DNA of 64,000 nucleotides from a virus: positions 5,034-69,033 of IMG/VR virus record IMGVR_UViG_3300035491_000322, one strand, 5' to 3'. The translations under genes were made by a program, and so were the position numbers. Of the stretch, positions 28,652-37,787 are shown piece by piece. Positions within the stretch are counted from its first letter, which is position 1. Each line of letters starts with the position of its first letter. The notes beneath the pieces are model-generated. The model saw only the letters and a program-made list of their open reading frames with translations. It ran no database searches and was not told where the DNA came from.

Positions 28652-29073
28652 GAGCGTATCCTTCGCACCATGCTGACGACCACACCGAAGATATCCAGGG
28701 TTTCCCCTTCCGCCGGGACCAGGGGGGCATACGCCGGGTTCTCGGACACCAGGCGCACCCGGGGCGTTAACTCCAGCCGCTTGCATACCATCTCGCCATT
28801 GACCGCGGCGATCACTATATCCCGATGCTGGGCGGTGAGGCTGCGATCTACGACCAGCACATCCCCTTCGATAATACCGGCACCGCGCATGCTGTCGCCC
28901 GAGGCCTGCACCAGGTAGGTGGCGGCAGGGTGCCGCACACAGTAGTCGTTGAGATCGATACTCTGCTCAATGTAGTCCTGTGCCGGGGAAGGAAAGCCGC
29001 AGGGTGCACGATCAAGCACAAGAGGAAGCCCGGCCTGTTCGCGGCGGCGGCAACGGCTGGTGATACTATTCAT
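28648..29073 (-). CDS. umuD: UmuD (S24 autopeptidase)
   Basis: CGFPSPAQDY cleavage site, GDSM Ser, VCKRL Lys. Confidence 0.95.
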   Translation of the reverse strand: MNSITSRCRRREQAGLPLVLDRAPCGFPSPAQDYIEQSIDLNDYCVRHPAATYLVQASGDSMRGAGIIEGDVLVVDRSLTAQHRDIVIAAVNGEMVCKRLELTPRVRLVSENPAYAPLVPAEGETLDIFGVVVSMVRRIRS

Positions 29074-29087
29074 AGGAGTCCGCTCAA

Positions 29088-29107
29088 TACTGTTTATTTG
29101 TACAGTA
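29088..29107. promoter_or_regulatory. LexA (SOS) box upstream of umuD
   Basis: TACTGTTTATTTGTACAGTA = CTG-N10-CAG with TA flanks. Confidence 0.9.
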
Positions 29108-29217
29108 TATTGAGGCTTTGGGAAGGCGGCAAGGATCGAGCGGATCTTGTCTACCGGGGAGAAAGATCGGGTCTGGGTCGGATAACCATGGCAATCCGGA
29201 AGATGAAATGAGCCTGC

Positions 29218-29505
29218 CTACCCCCTGGGCCCATCCTCAATACGCACCACCCTGCCGTTGATAACGGTCACCATTTGGGTGAACTGATCCTTGCCCATGT
29301 GGTAGGTCCAGCGCTCGCCAATGGGCGGCGGGGCGATGCCCTTGCCATAAATCACTTCCCGGAACAGGGGCTGGCCGCAGTGGATGAGCACGCTGGCGGG
29401 TGTGTCCCGGGTGGAGATGAGATGGTTGCCGCAGCGCATGGCGTTGGCCTGGGCCGGCGGGCTGAGCGCCAGCAGGGTGCCCAGCAGGCAGAGTGCTTTG
29501 TTCAT
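29218..29505 (-). CDS. Exported DUF2845-like protein
   Basis: Signal peptide, MRCGNHLIS..VLIHCGQP, ERWTY, VVRIE. Confidence 0.75.
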   Translation of the reverse strand: MNKALCLLGTLLALSPPAQANAMRCGNHLISTRDTPASVLIHCGQPLFREVIYGKGIAPPPIGERWTYHMGKDQFTQMVTVINGRVVRIEDGPRG

Positions 29506-29544
29506 TGCGTATCCCGTCGCTGTGTCAGGGATCAGTTTAGCCCA

Positions 29545-29784
29545 TCAATTCACCTGCAATTCGTAGTAGGGCAGATCGGCGGCGGGGCCGGTGATCTGCC
29601 CGCCATCTATCCAGCATTTGTTGCCGGGGCTGACGTTGGTGCCGAGCACCGAGAGCTGTTCGCCGGTGCGCAGTTGTACGGTGCTGCGGCCCAGGGCCGG
29701 GTCTACGCTCTGCACCGTGGCGATGACGCGCACCGGTCCGGGCAGCAGGCCGCGAAACTTGAGCCAGGGGTTAACTGTGGCCAT
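29545..29784 (-). CDS. Small tail-tip protein
   Basis: NPWLKFRGLLP..last gene of the tail operon. Confidence 0.65.
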   Translation of the reverse strand: MATVNPWLKFRGLLPGPVRVIATVQSVDPALGRSTVQLRTGEQLSVLGTNVSPGNKCWIDGGQITGPAADLPYYELQVN

Positions 29785-31726
29785 CGGGTACCTCCAGGGT
29801 GATGGTCTGGCTGACCACCGGGGCCTGCACGCTGATGCTGGTGCTCAGGCAGTAGCCGCGGTGGTGGCTGTTGTCCTTGGGATCGTGGTAGGCCACTATC
29901 TCACCGGGTTCGCACAGCTCGGGCGCCGAGCCGGGCGGGAACAGCGGGGTGACCAGGGTGGTTTCGTAATAGTCGCCGGTGTCGCTCAGGATGTTGCGGG
30001 CCCGCTCCACCGCCTGGGTGGTGTCCTGGTGCAGCACGTCGTACAGGTCCGGTGCCGGCAGGCTGCCGGGCTGGCCGGCGCGGATGGCGTTGACCGCCAC
30101 CCCGGCCACGGTGCCGGCGAGATACACGCTGTCGTACCGGGGGCGGCGCACCAGGGTACTGGACGGGGTGCGGATCTGGTTGGCGGCAATGTGATTGCGG
30201 ATGGCGTTCACATTCATGGTGGCCAGTTGCCAGGGGCTGACCAGGTAGCGGGGCTGCAGGATCAGGGTGTCGTCGGTGCGGTGCGGCACCAGCACGGCAC
30301 CCACCGCCTGGGCCACCTGGCCGAGCACCTCCAGCGGGGTGAGGCCGGTGTAGCTGTAGCTGCCCCCGGCAATCACCCAGAACGGGCTGGTGATGGTCTC
30401 GGCGTCGTCGCGCCACGCCACGCTGAAGCCGGTGTTGAGCAGCTCCTCGTTGAGGATCTGCTGGGCGGCGATGTCGGTGGTGAACAGCCGGGAGCGCAGC
30501 GGCGCATGGGGGGCGCCCAGGTAGGCGGTACGGCTCTTGCCGGTGAGGCGGAACACCTCGCCCGGGGTTTCCAGCGCCCGCTGGTAGCCCTCCACCATGA
30601 TCACCCACTGCCAGCCGTTGATGTTCACCTGCAAATGCTTGTGGCCGCTGCCGTCGGGCTTGATGTGCGCCAGCGCCCCCTCCCCGCGCAGATCGCCGGT
30701 GAACTGCCAGGCGGCGGTGTCGATGTCCCGGCTCAGGGTGATGTTGTCTACCCACAGCGGGGTGAGGCTGGGCAGGGCGTAGATGGCGACGTTGTTCATC
30801 AGCTGGTAGCTCCGCTGGTTGTTGGGGCCGGGTACCGGGTCCATCGGCAGGGGTTGCTGGTTCTCCCAGGGCAGCGGGGTCCAGCGGTCGCGCAGGTTGC
30901 CGGCGCCCCAGGGCAGAATTTTGTTGGGGTCCAGCGGGGTGCCGATGCCCCAGGGCAGGATGCTGTGGGTATCGGTGGTGTAGGCGGCCTGCTTGTCCCG
31001 GCCCTGGCCGAAGGTGAACTCGATGGCGTCCGGCGGCTGCGGCTGCCAGTCGGCGCCCAGGGGGATCAGCAATTGGCCGGCGGGGTCGCGCAGCAGTGGC
31101 GGCACCAGGTCGCGGGGGTACACCGGGCGGGTGATGTGGGGGTTAACGCTGAACCAGCGGCCCTTGGCGCCCAGGTCGGCCCAGCGGGCATCCTCATAGG
31201 CCGCGCCGGTGGCCCGGTCACGCGGCGTGATGCTGTGGTCCCACCCGCCGGTCAGTTGCCGGTCGCTGGGGACGGTGGCGGCCCACAGGCTGAGGGTGCG
31301 GGCGTCCTGCGGGATGGCGGCCTGCCAGCCGAACACCGGCGCCGGATCCAGCGGCCGGGCCCGGGACCAGGGGTTAACCATGCACAGGTCGGCCGGGGTG
31401 CCTTGCTCCCAAGGGCTGACAGCGTGCCGGTCAGCCAGGGCGGCAAACAACAGGGCGGGCCGGATATCACGCCGCAAGGGGCTGCCCTGCTGCCAGGGCA
31501 GGCGGGCGGCGCGGCCGATGGCCGGTACCGGGGTGGGCTGGGGCCGGCCGGTGCCGATGACCAGCAGCAGCTCATGAGCGGCGCGGGTGTCGCTGGGGGT
31601 GGCGAGCCGGTGGGTGGCATCGGGCTCGGCGGTGAGCAGCTCCAGCCACAGGGCATCGGCCGGGGCCTCGCCGGCCGGGTGCCGGAGGGTAAAGCCGCGA
31701 TAGTGGGCGCCGCTGGTGTAGCTCAT
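29771..31726 (-). CDS. Tail tip/hub protein
   Basis: 651 aa; Pro/Trp-rich repeat N-terminus, C-terminal hub-like region; tail synteny. Confidence 0.65.
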   Translation of the reverse strand: MSYTSGAHYRGFTLRHPAGEAPADALWLELLTAEPDATHRLATPSDTRAAHELLLVIGTGRPQPTPVPAIGRAARLPWQQGSPLRRDIRPALLFAALADRHAVSPWEQGTPADLCMVNPWSRARPLDPAPVFGWQAAIPQDARTLSLWAATVPSDRQLTGGWDHSITPRDRATGAAYEDARWADLGAKGRWFSVNPHITRPVYPRDLVPPLLRDPAGQLLIPLGADWQPQPPDAIEFTFGQGRDKQAAYTTDTHSILPWGIGTPLDPNKILPWGAGNLRDRWTPLPWENQQPLPMDPVPGPNNQRSYQLMNNVAIYALPSLTPLWVDNITLSRDIDTAAWQFTGDLRGEGALAHIKPDGSGHKHLQVNINGWQWVIMVEGYQRALETPGEVFRLTGKSRTAYLGAPHAPLRSRLFTTDIAAQQILNEELLNTGFSVAWRDDAETITSPFWVIAGGSYSYTGLTPLEVLGQVAQAVGAVLVPHRTDDTLILQPRYLVSPWQLATMNVNAIRNHIAANQIRTPSSTLVRRPRYDSVYLAGTVAGVAVNAIRAGQPGSLPAPDLYDVLHQDTTQAVERARNILSDTGDYYETTLVTPLFPPGSAPELCEPGEIVAYHDPKDNSHHRGYCLSTSISVQAPVVSQTITLEVPDGHS

Positions 31727-32289
31727 GCGGGTATGGTGATCAGCAGGGGCACATCCGGGCCGTAGGCCTCGGGCCGCATGTATTGCACCGCCACCGCCTT
31801 GGCAGTGCCGATCAGTTGCTCGTTACCATCCCCGTTGGGGTCGGTCCACCACAGCGGCTCAATGCCCGGCAGCGTACCCTGCTGGGTCACGCGGTACACA
31901 TAGCCGAGCCAGGGGTGGGTGTAGGGGTGGATGATATCGCCGATATTCACCACGGCGTTGGCGGTAAACGGCTGGCCGAAGCGCTGGATGGCCAGCACAA
32001 ATACCTCGGTGTAAATGCCGGAAAACTCCACCGAATAGGTGCCCTCGGCGTTGGCCTGGCCCTGGCCCAGCTCTTCGGGCGCGTCCAGCCCCAGCACGCT
32101 GATGTGGGCCCGGTGCGGGCGGCCCTGCAGGCTGACCCGGCCGGAGACCATCGACACCCGGTCTTGCACCAGCCAGTCGGGCGAATCGAGCACGATCGCA
32201 TTCCAGGCCGGCGGGGTGTATGGGTCCGGGTCCGGCGCCGCCAGCGGCAGGTTGCCGCCCAGCTCGGGAGTGAGATAGGGCGTGGCCAT
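31723..32289 (-). CDS. Tail-tip accessory protein, paralogue 3 (beta-sandwich + CBM5/12-like C-terminus)
   Basis: IGDIIHP..GYVYRVTQQGTLPGIEPLWW. Confidence 0.6.
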   Translation of the reverse strand: MATPYLTPELGGNLPLAAPDPDPYTPPAWNAIVLDSPDWLVQDRVSMVSGRVSLQGRPHRAHISVLGLDAPEELGQGQANAEGTYSVEFSGIYTEVFVLAIQRFGQPFTANAVVNIGDIIHPYTHPWLGYVYRVTQQGTLPGIEPLWWTDPNGDGNEQLIGTAKAVAVQYMRPEAYGPDVPLLITIPA

Positions 32290-33377
32290 TACACCGGCTC
32301 CTGGGTCAGCAGATCTACCAGCACCGGCTTAACCGGGCCATGCACCGCCGGGGCGTACACCGGGCTGGGGGTGAACACCGCCGCGCCCACGATCAGGTTG
32401 CTCCCGGTGGGCCAGGGCTCCTCCGGCAGGGTGGCGCCGCTGTTGCCGGCGGTGGTGCAGGTGTAACGGTAGCCGTTGGGCTGCTGGGGGTGGACTATCT
32501 CGCCCAGGGCATAGCTCTTGTTGGCCAGCAACTGGTGGCCGTAGTGCTCCAGCGCCATCACGAACACGTGATCGGCATAGAGCCCGGTGGGCAAAAAGAA
32601 GGAGCCGTCGGGGGCGGACTGGGTCTCGGCAATAAACCTGAAGTCCCCCGGCGCCAGCGCCACCACGGTGCGCTCGGCGGCCACGTTGGAGAGGCTGACA
32701 TTGCCCTTGACCGCATAGCCCTGGATCAGGTGCACCACCGGCTGGGGCTTGAGGCGGGGCGGGCTGGCCCCGTCCACAACCCACAGATCGGGCAGGGCGG
32801 TTAGGGCTGGATAGTGGGCGGGGTTGTAGGGGTCAGGGTCACCATATAGATCAGTAGCAGACGGAAATGCGCCAGTATCCAGCTTGAATGAATCGACCAC
32901 CATACTGGAAGAGTGCTGGCCCCATGCTTTGGGCGTCAGATTAATGCAACGTTCGGACCTATCTCTATTTGTTCCATTGGTAAGTTGCCATCCCGCTGCA
33001 TTCCATACTCCCATAACGACAACATCAGACAACACGGTATTATAGGCGGGGTAGTACCTCTCAAAAAAACTATTGGAGGTATGCCCTGCAACCCCGCCAT
33101 TAAACGTTACTTTTTCAATTTTTCCTGATTCGAGGCGAACACCGCGATTATTGGGCCCACTGGTTCCTTTTAATCCCGTGATAGTGTGGCCATTTCCATT
33201 AAAAACGGATCGCCAGTAGTTATTTATTGATGACAATCCTGATGCGTCGATATCAGCGACCAGTTCGGCATAAACACCTGCAACATGAGCACCGCCCTGG
33301 AGAAATGCATTCATCGCCGCTTCGTTATGGATCACATAGGGGTCACTCTCAATCCCCGAACCCTTCAAATACGCCAT
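32289..33377 (-). CDS. Putative receptor-binding protein, paralogue 2, with AT-rich variable N-terminal domain
   Basis: GSGIESDPYVI..FNGNGHTITGL adhesin-like N-terminus; LGEIVHP..GYRYTCTTAGNSG..EPWP. Confidence 0.6.
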   Translation of the reverse strand: MAYLKGSGIESDPYVIHNEAAMNAFLQGGAHVAGVYAELVADIDASGLSSINNYWRSVFNGNGHTITGLKGTSGPNNRGVRLESGKIEKVTFNGGVAGHTSNSFFERYYPAYNTVLSDVVVMGVWNAAGWQLTNGTNRDRSERCINLTPKAWGQHSSSMVVDSFKLDTGAFPSATDLYGDPDPYNPAHYPALTALPDLWVVDGASPPRLKPQPVVHLIQGYAVKGNVSLSNVAAERTVVALAPGDFRFIAETQSAPDGSFFLPTGLYADHVFVMALEHYGHQLLANKSYALGEIVHPQQPNGYRYTCTTAGNSGATLPEEPWPTGSNLIVGAAVFTPSPVYAPAVHGPVKPVLVDLLTQEPV

Positions 33378-33388
33378 CCCCTACCCCC

Positions 33389-33829
33389 TTATAATACCGC
33401 TGGATAAATGGGCCTGGAGCAGCCCGCTGATTTGTACACTACCGCCTCGGCGGCGGCGGTGCCGATAAGTCCCAGGCCCTGACTCCACCAGTCGGGCTCG
33501 GTGCCGCCGGCCTCCCCGGCGCTGGTGACCTGGTACACCAGGCCGGCGAACAGGGTGGGCCGCACCCGCTGGCCCACGGCCAGGCTCTCGCCGGGCTGCC
33601 AGCGGGTGCCGGCATCGTCCAGCGCCAGCACCATCACCGGCTTGTCGTAGTCGCCCAGCTCAATGTAAAAGGCCGCGCCCGAGTCGCTCACCGCCTCGCC
33701 CAGGATCTGCCGCCGCTCGCGCAGCGGGTTGTCTTGGTCCGGCTCGTTGTAGTAGCTGAGCACCAGCACCCGCCGGTTGGGTGCGGCCTGGCCATCCAGG
33801 GTGACGGTGCCGGCAACGTAGGTGGTCAT
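33389..33829 (-). CDS. Tail-tip accessory protein, paralogue 1
   Basis: VAGTVTLDGQAAPNRRV..; WQPGESLAVGQRVRP..GLVYQVTSAGEAGGTEPDWW. Confidence 0.6.
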   Translation of the reverse strand: MTTYVAGTVTLDGQAAPNRRVLVLSYYNEPDQDNPLRERRQILGEAVSDSGAAFYIELGDYDKPVMVLALDDAGTRWQPGESLAVGQRVRPTLFAGLVYQVTSAGEAGGTEPDWWSQGLGLIGTAAAEAVVYKSAGCSRPIYPAVL

Positions 33830-36800
33830 CAGTCGGCGTCTCCCCGTACCAGCAGTTCAAAGTCGTCGTCCGGGTGGGTGGCCACCCCGGGCAGGATCAC
33901 CCTGGCCACCCACAGCGGGCTGAGCGCCGCCTCGGTGTTGAAGCGCACCGCGTTGCCGCTGACCCAGCCCACGCCCCAGCCCTCGGCCGGCACGGTGAAA
34001 TAGGGCTTGCCGGTCACCGGGTTGAGCGGCGCAGTGACGGTGCTGGTGGAGCCGGAGCCGATGATGCCGCGCTCCTCGCCGACGATGTTGAAGGCGGTGC
34101 TGCTGGTGAACACCAGGGCCCAGCGCTCGGTAATGGCGCCGGAGTTGAGCATCACCGGCGGAAAGTCGATGGTGTTGTAACTGGCGGAGGGCGCCGCGCC
34201 GATCCGGGCGTCGCTCCAGTTGGGGCTGCCCGAGTTCCACACCGCCTGTTCGAACCAGTTTTTGGCACGGGCCGCCTTGTCGCCGTAGGTGACGGCGCTG
34301 GCCACGATGGTTTCGCCAGCGGGAAAGTCGTGGGCGCTGGGGGCAATGCCGGTCAGGGTGCCGCCGATCTGCACGTCCGAGAGCATGGTCATGTGCTCGA
34401 TGCGGTGGCGCACGGTGATGGGCGGCGCCAGCGGGGTAGCGTCCGCCGCTTGCAGGGTGAGCGGGTTGGCAAAGGTGACGGTGCCCGCCTCCCGATCCTC
34501 AAGGTATTGGTTGGGGTCCAGCGCCAGCCCGTTCGAGTCAATCACACGAAATTCGGCAATAAACTCGCGGCCCACGTCCACCACCTGGTCGGCGGCCGGG
34601 GTGCCGGCGTCCACCTCATCCCAGTGCAGCAGCACCACCACGTCCGCCGGCTGAAACACCGGCACCCGGCCATCGGGCGGCAGGCGCACCGGATCCAGGC
34701 CAATCAGGTTGGCGTTGAGCGGCAGCCGGGTTTCCAGCACGGTGTTAAAGCGGATGCTTTGCGGATACACCGGTATGCTGCTGGCCCCGGTGTCGTCGTT
34801 CGGGTCGGTGGTGAAGTAGATGTCCGCCACCCCGGTGTTTACGTCTATCTGGCCGTGCACCTTGCCGCTTTGGCTGCTGATCACCCCCTCGCCATCGGCG
34901 CTGGCGGTAAGGGTGTCGCCGAACAGGCTGACGGCGGTGAGCTGCAGGCTGGCCACCTGCACCGGCCGGCCCGGGGTGCGCAGGCTGATGTAGGCGGTCA
35001 TCAGTTGATCGTTCATGGTGGCCATGCTCTGGATGGTCAGGGTGTCGTCGTTGGCCCCCGCCGGGTAGGTGGAAAGGGTGACCAGGGCGGTGTCGTAGTC
35101 GATGCGCCCCACCAGCACCCCGGCGTTGGTGGCCGGGGCATAGTCGGTATAAATGCCGCCGTCCCGGTCGAAGTAGGTTATGCCCTCCCAGGTGAACCAC
35201 AGGCTGCCGGGCAGCACCGGGTTGGCCTCGGGGCCCAGCAGATCCAGGGTGAGCGGCACATTGAGCAGGCTGGCGGGCGGGGTGGAAGCGGTCACCGGGT
35301 TGGCCTGGGCGTAGGTGGCCGTCACCGCGCCGACCAGGCGGGCGGTGATGTTTTCGCCCCAGGCGCGCCAGGCGGTAAAGCTGCCCTGGACGGCATTCTG
35401 TGCCGGGTAACTGTAGCCCTTGGTGTCGATATGCTTTTGCCGCAGCCCCTGGGGCAGGCTGATATGGCCGGTGGCGTAGTTGATGGTGCCGCCGGCGTTG
35501 AAGCCGGTGGTGCCGTTGCCGATCAGCAGGATTTCGCCAAAGCCGCCGGCGCCGTTGTCAAGCAGGTACACATCCTGGTTATAGGTGTTGCCCCGGCTGT
35601 CGTTGCCCCAGGTCACCCGGTAGCGCAGCACCACGGTGCCCGGCTCGATGGGGGTGTTGCTCAGGGTGAGGCTGAGCGCGGTGCCACTGATGGCGCCCGG
35701 CACGGTTTCGGTAACCGCTTCGCTCACGCTGGCATTGACCACATAGGCCTGGTCCGCCGTTTTGGCGATCTCGATGCTGATCTGCCCGGTGCTGTAGTCG
35801 ATGGTGCCGCCGGACACATCGCCGGTAAAACCGCCCTGGCCGTTATCGGTGGCGGTTTTGGCCACGGCGTCGGCGTTCCAGGTGATGGTGACGGTACCCG
35901 GGTGCACCTGGTGGCCGGGGGGCACTTCTATTTGCAGGTCCACCACCCTAGCACTGAGGGTGCGGGGGCCGTTCCAGGTTTCCAGTTCGTAGGCGCCGCT
36001 GCCGGCCCAGCTGTAATAGACCCGGGTGCCGGCATCGGGCAGGTAGGCCAGGGTCAGGCTGGTGGAGCCGGTGCCGAACTGGATATTGCCGGTGCCGTCG
36101 CCTTCCAGGGTGCCGTCGCCCCGGTCGGCCAGGGTCAGCCATTTGCCCATGGCCAGGTAATACACCCGCAGGGTGCCCGGGCGGGGGATGGAGTCGGCCA
36201 GGTTGAGCACGAACACAAAGCCCCGGTTCTGGTTGGTGACCTCAAACGCACTGGTATGCACCGGGCCGGAGAACAGGCCGCCGGGCATAAACTGGATATT
36301 GGCGGTGCCGGTAAAGGTGCCGCTGGTGCGGGTGGCGTCGATCTGGCCGGACTCATGGTCCAACTGGATCAGGCTGAAGTTGTTGTTGCCGCTGCTGTGT
36401 ACCAGGGTGCCGCTGCCCTGGCTGTCGACATAGGTGCCGCCGTCCAGGGTAATGCTCAGGCTGCCGGGCACGCAGGGCGAGCCGAGAAAGGCCCGGCTGG
36501 TGGTGCCGGACACCCCGGCAAAGGCCCGGCTCAGGCTGAGCGGCACGCTACGCGCCGGCACCACGGTAAGGTATTCACTGGCCACCCGCTCGTCGATCAC
36601 CGGCACCTGCTTGAGCGCGCTGGGTACCAGCGCCTGCAGCACGTTGTCCACCTTGTAATCCAGCGCCCCCACCGCCACCGGCTCGGCCAGGTAGGCGGCG
36701 CCGTAGTAGCGGGCGGCGTCCACCACCTGGGTGTAGTAGCTCTCGGCCATGGGCACGCCATTGATGGGGCCCAGCCCGACGCGGGTGACCTCGCCGCCGG

Positions 36801-37407
36801 GCAGGTCGTGGTTGAGCGGGTTGGCCAGGCCCAGGGTGAGCACCCGGCGCTCCACGTCTACCGCTTCCTGCTGCCATACCACGGTGAAGATCTGGGTGCT
36901 GTAATCCACGCTGGTCACCCGCACATACTGGTTGTTGCCGCTGGTGGGGTCTTCCAGGTAGTAGGTTTCGCCCACTTCGGGGATCACCGAACGAGTGTAC
37001 TGGGCCACGGAGAGGGTGCGCTGGCCGCGCAGGTGGTTGCCGAGCAGGCCGAAGTCCGCCGGCCGGCCGCGGGTGACGTAGCTCTCGATGCGGTCGCGGG
37101 CGTCACTGCGCTGATCCTCGTAGTTGGCGGTGTCGAACAGTACCACGCTCACGTTGGCGTCGCGCGGCTTGAGGCTGAGGATGCTGTGGGCGCCGAGGAA
37201 CACATCGTCGTCGTCGGTTTGCGGGCCACTGTAAACTTTGCGCAGGTGCACGGCGCCCACGGTACGGTTCAGGCGCGAGATGTCGGGGAACAGGTTGTTG
37301 ACCAGGCCGCTTTCAATCTCGCGGTTGGTGGCGCGGCCGCCGCCGTCCGGCTCGTCGGTGAGGCGCTCGGACTCCAGCAGTTTTACGGCATCGGGGGTGA
37401 TCGGCAT
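33829..37407 (-). CDS. Large tail/baseplate structural protein with about six degenerate beta-domains
   Basis: 1192 aa; ESERLTDEPDGGGRAT..NNLFPDISRL; recurring PG(S/T)..D.G.G..G.I(D/N)Y.TG. Confidence 0.75.
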   Translation of the reverse strand: MPITPDAVKLLESERLTDEPDGGGRATNREIESGLVNNLFPDISRLNRTVGAVHLRKVYSGPQTDDDDVFLGAHSILSLKPRDANVSVVLFDTANYEDQRSDARDRIESYVTRGRPADFGLLGNHLRGQRTLSVAQYTRSVIPEVGETYYLEDPTSGNNQYVRVTSVDYSTQIFTVVWQQEAVDVERRVLTLGLANPLNHDLPGGEVTRVGLGPINGVPMAESYYTQVVDAARYYGAAYLAEPVAVGALDYKVDNVLQALVPSALKQVPVIDERVASEYLTVVPARSVPLSLSRAFAGVSGTTSRAFLGSPCVPGSLSITLDGGTYVDSQGSGTLVHSSGNNNFSLIQLDHESGQIDATRTSGTFTGTANIQFMPGGLFSGPVHTSAFEVTNQNRGFVFVLNLADSIPRPGTLRVYYLAMGKWLTLADRGDGTLEGDGTGNIQFGTGSTSLTLAYLPDAGTRVYYSWAGSGAYELETWNGPRTLSARVVDLQIEVPPGHQVHPGTVTITWNADAVAKTATDNGQGGFTGDVSGGTIDYSTGQISIEIAKTADQAYVVNASVSEAVTETVPGAISGTALSLTLSNTPIEPGTVVLRYRVTWGNDSRGNTYNQDVYLLDNGAGGFGEILLIGNGTTGFNAGGTINYATGHISLPQGLRQKHIDTKGYSYPAQNAVQGSFTAWRAWGENITARLVGAVTATYAQANPVTASTPPASLLNVPLTLDLLGPEANPVLPGSLWFTWEGITYFDRDGGIYTDYAPATNAGVLVGRIDYDTALVTLSTYPAGANDDTLTIQSMATMNDQLMTAYISLRTPGRPVQVASLQLTAVSLFGDTLTASADGEGVISSQSGKVHGQIDVNTGVADIYFTTDPNDDTGASSIPVYPQSIRFNTVLETRLPLNANLIGLDPVRLPPDGRVPVFQPADVVVLLHWDEVDAGTPAADQVVDVGREFIAEFRVIDSNGLALDPNQYLEDREAGTVTFANPLTLQAADATPLAPPITVRHRIEHMTMLSDVQIGGTLTGIAPSAHDFPAGETIVASAVTYGDKAARAKNWFEQAVWNSGSPNWSDARIGAAPSASYNTIDFPPVMLNSGAITERWALVFTSSTAFNIVGEERGIIGSGSTSTVTAPLNPVTGKPYFTVPAEGWGVGWVSGNAVRFNTEAALSPLWVARVILPGVATHPDDDFELLVRGDAD

Positions 37408-37409
37408 GG

Positions 37410-37787
37410 TTAGACCTCAATCAGGCGAAGGGTGGCGTCGTAGTAGTGGCCGGGCTCGGCCGCCGGGTGAGCCAGGCGCTGCACCTCGGTGGCGGCAATG
37501 GCACCCTCGCTGTGGCGCCAGGCCACGGTGTAGTCGGTGCCGTAGTAGCTGAGCAGCAGGCTGCCCGGGGTGGCGGCCAGGCCGCGCAGGGCGTCGAGCT
37601 GGGCGCGGGTGAGCCAGGCGCCGGCGCTCACCAGGGTGATCGGCCGCCCGGCCAGGCGGCTGATCTCGTCGATGTGCAGGGCGCCGGCGGCGCTGGTGTG
37701 GGTAGCCTGCAGCACCGGCGACCAGCTGAGTTCGTCGGGCCATTGCATGTCGTCGGGCAGGGTGATGCCCCCCAGTATGATGCTCAT
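37410..37787 (-). CDS. Distal tail protein-like
   Basis: Immediately after tape measure; LPDDMQWPDELSWSPV, GRPITL. Confidence 0.7.
   Translation of the reverse strand: MSIILGGITLPDDMQWPDELSWSPVLQATHTSAAGALHIDEISRLAGRPITLVSAGAWLTRAQLDALRGLAATPGSLLLSYYGTDYTVAWRHSEGAIAATEVQRLAHPAAEPGHYYDATLRLIEV

Noticed and set aside
29120-29170. Three GATC sites upstream of umuD
   Set aside because: Too few to distinguish from chance; no supporting context
19438-37407. Diversity-generating retroelement or invertible tail-fibre shufflon
   Set aside because: No reverse transcriptase, no TR/VR pair with A-specific mismatches, and no invertase or inverted fibre cassette seen in the window
33874-37413. Long antisense ORFs such as 33874-37413(+), 44902-47025(+), 29591-31765(+), 19411-21456(-), 48753-50669(+)
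   Set aside because: Shadow frames opposite well-supported phage genes in GC-rich DNA; biased composition and no motifs
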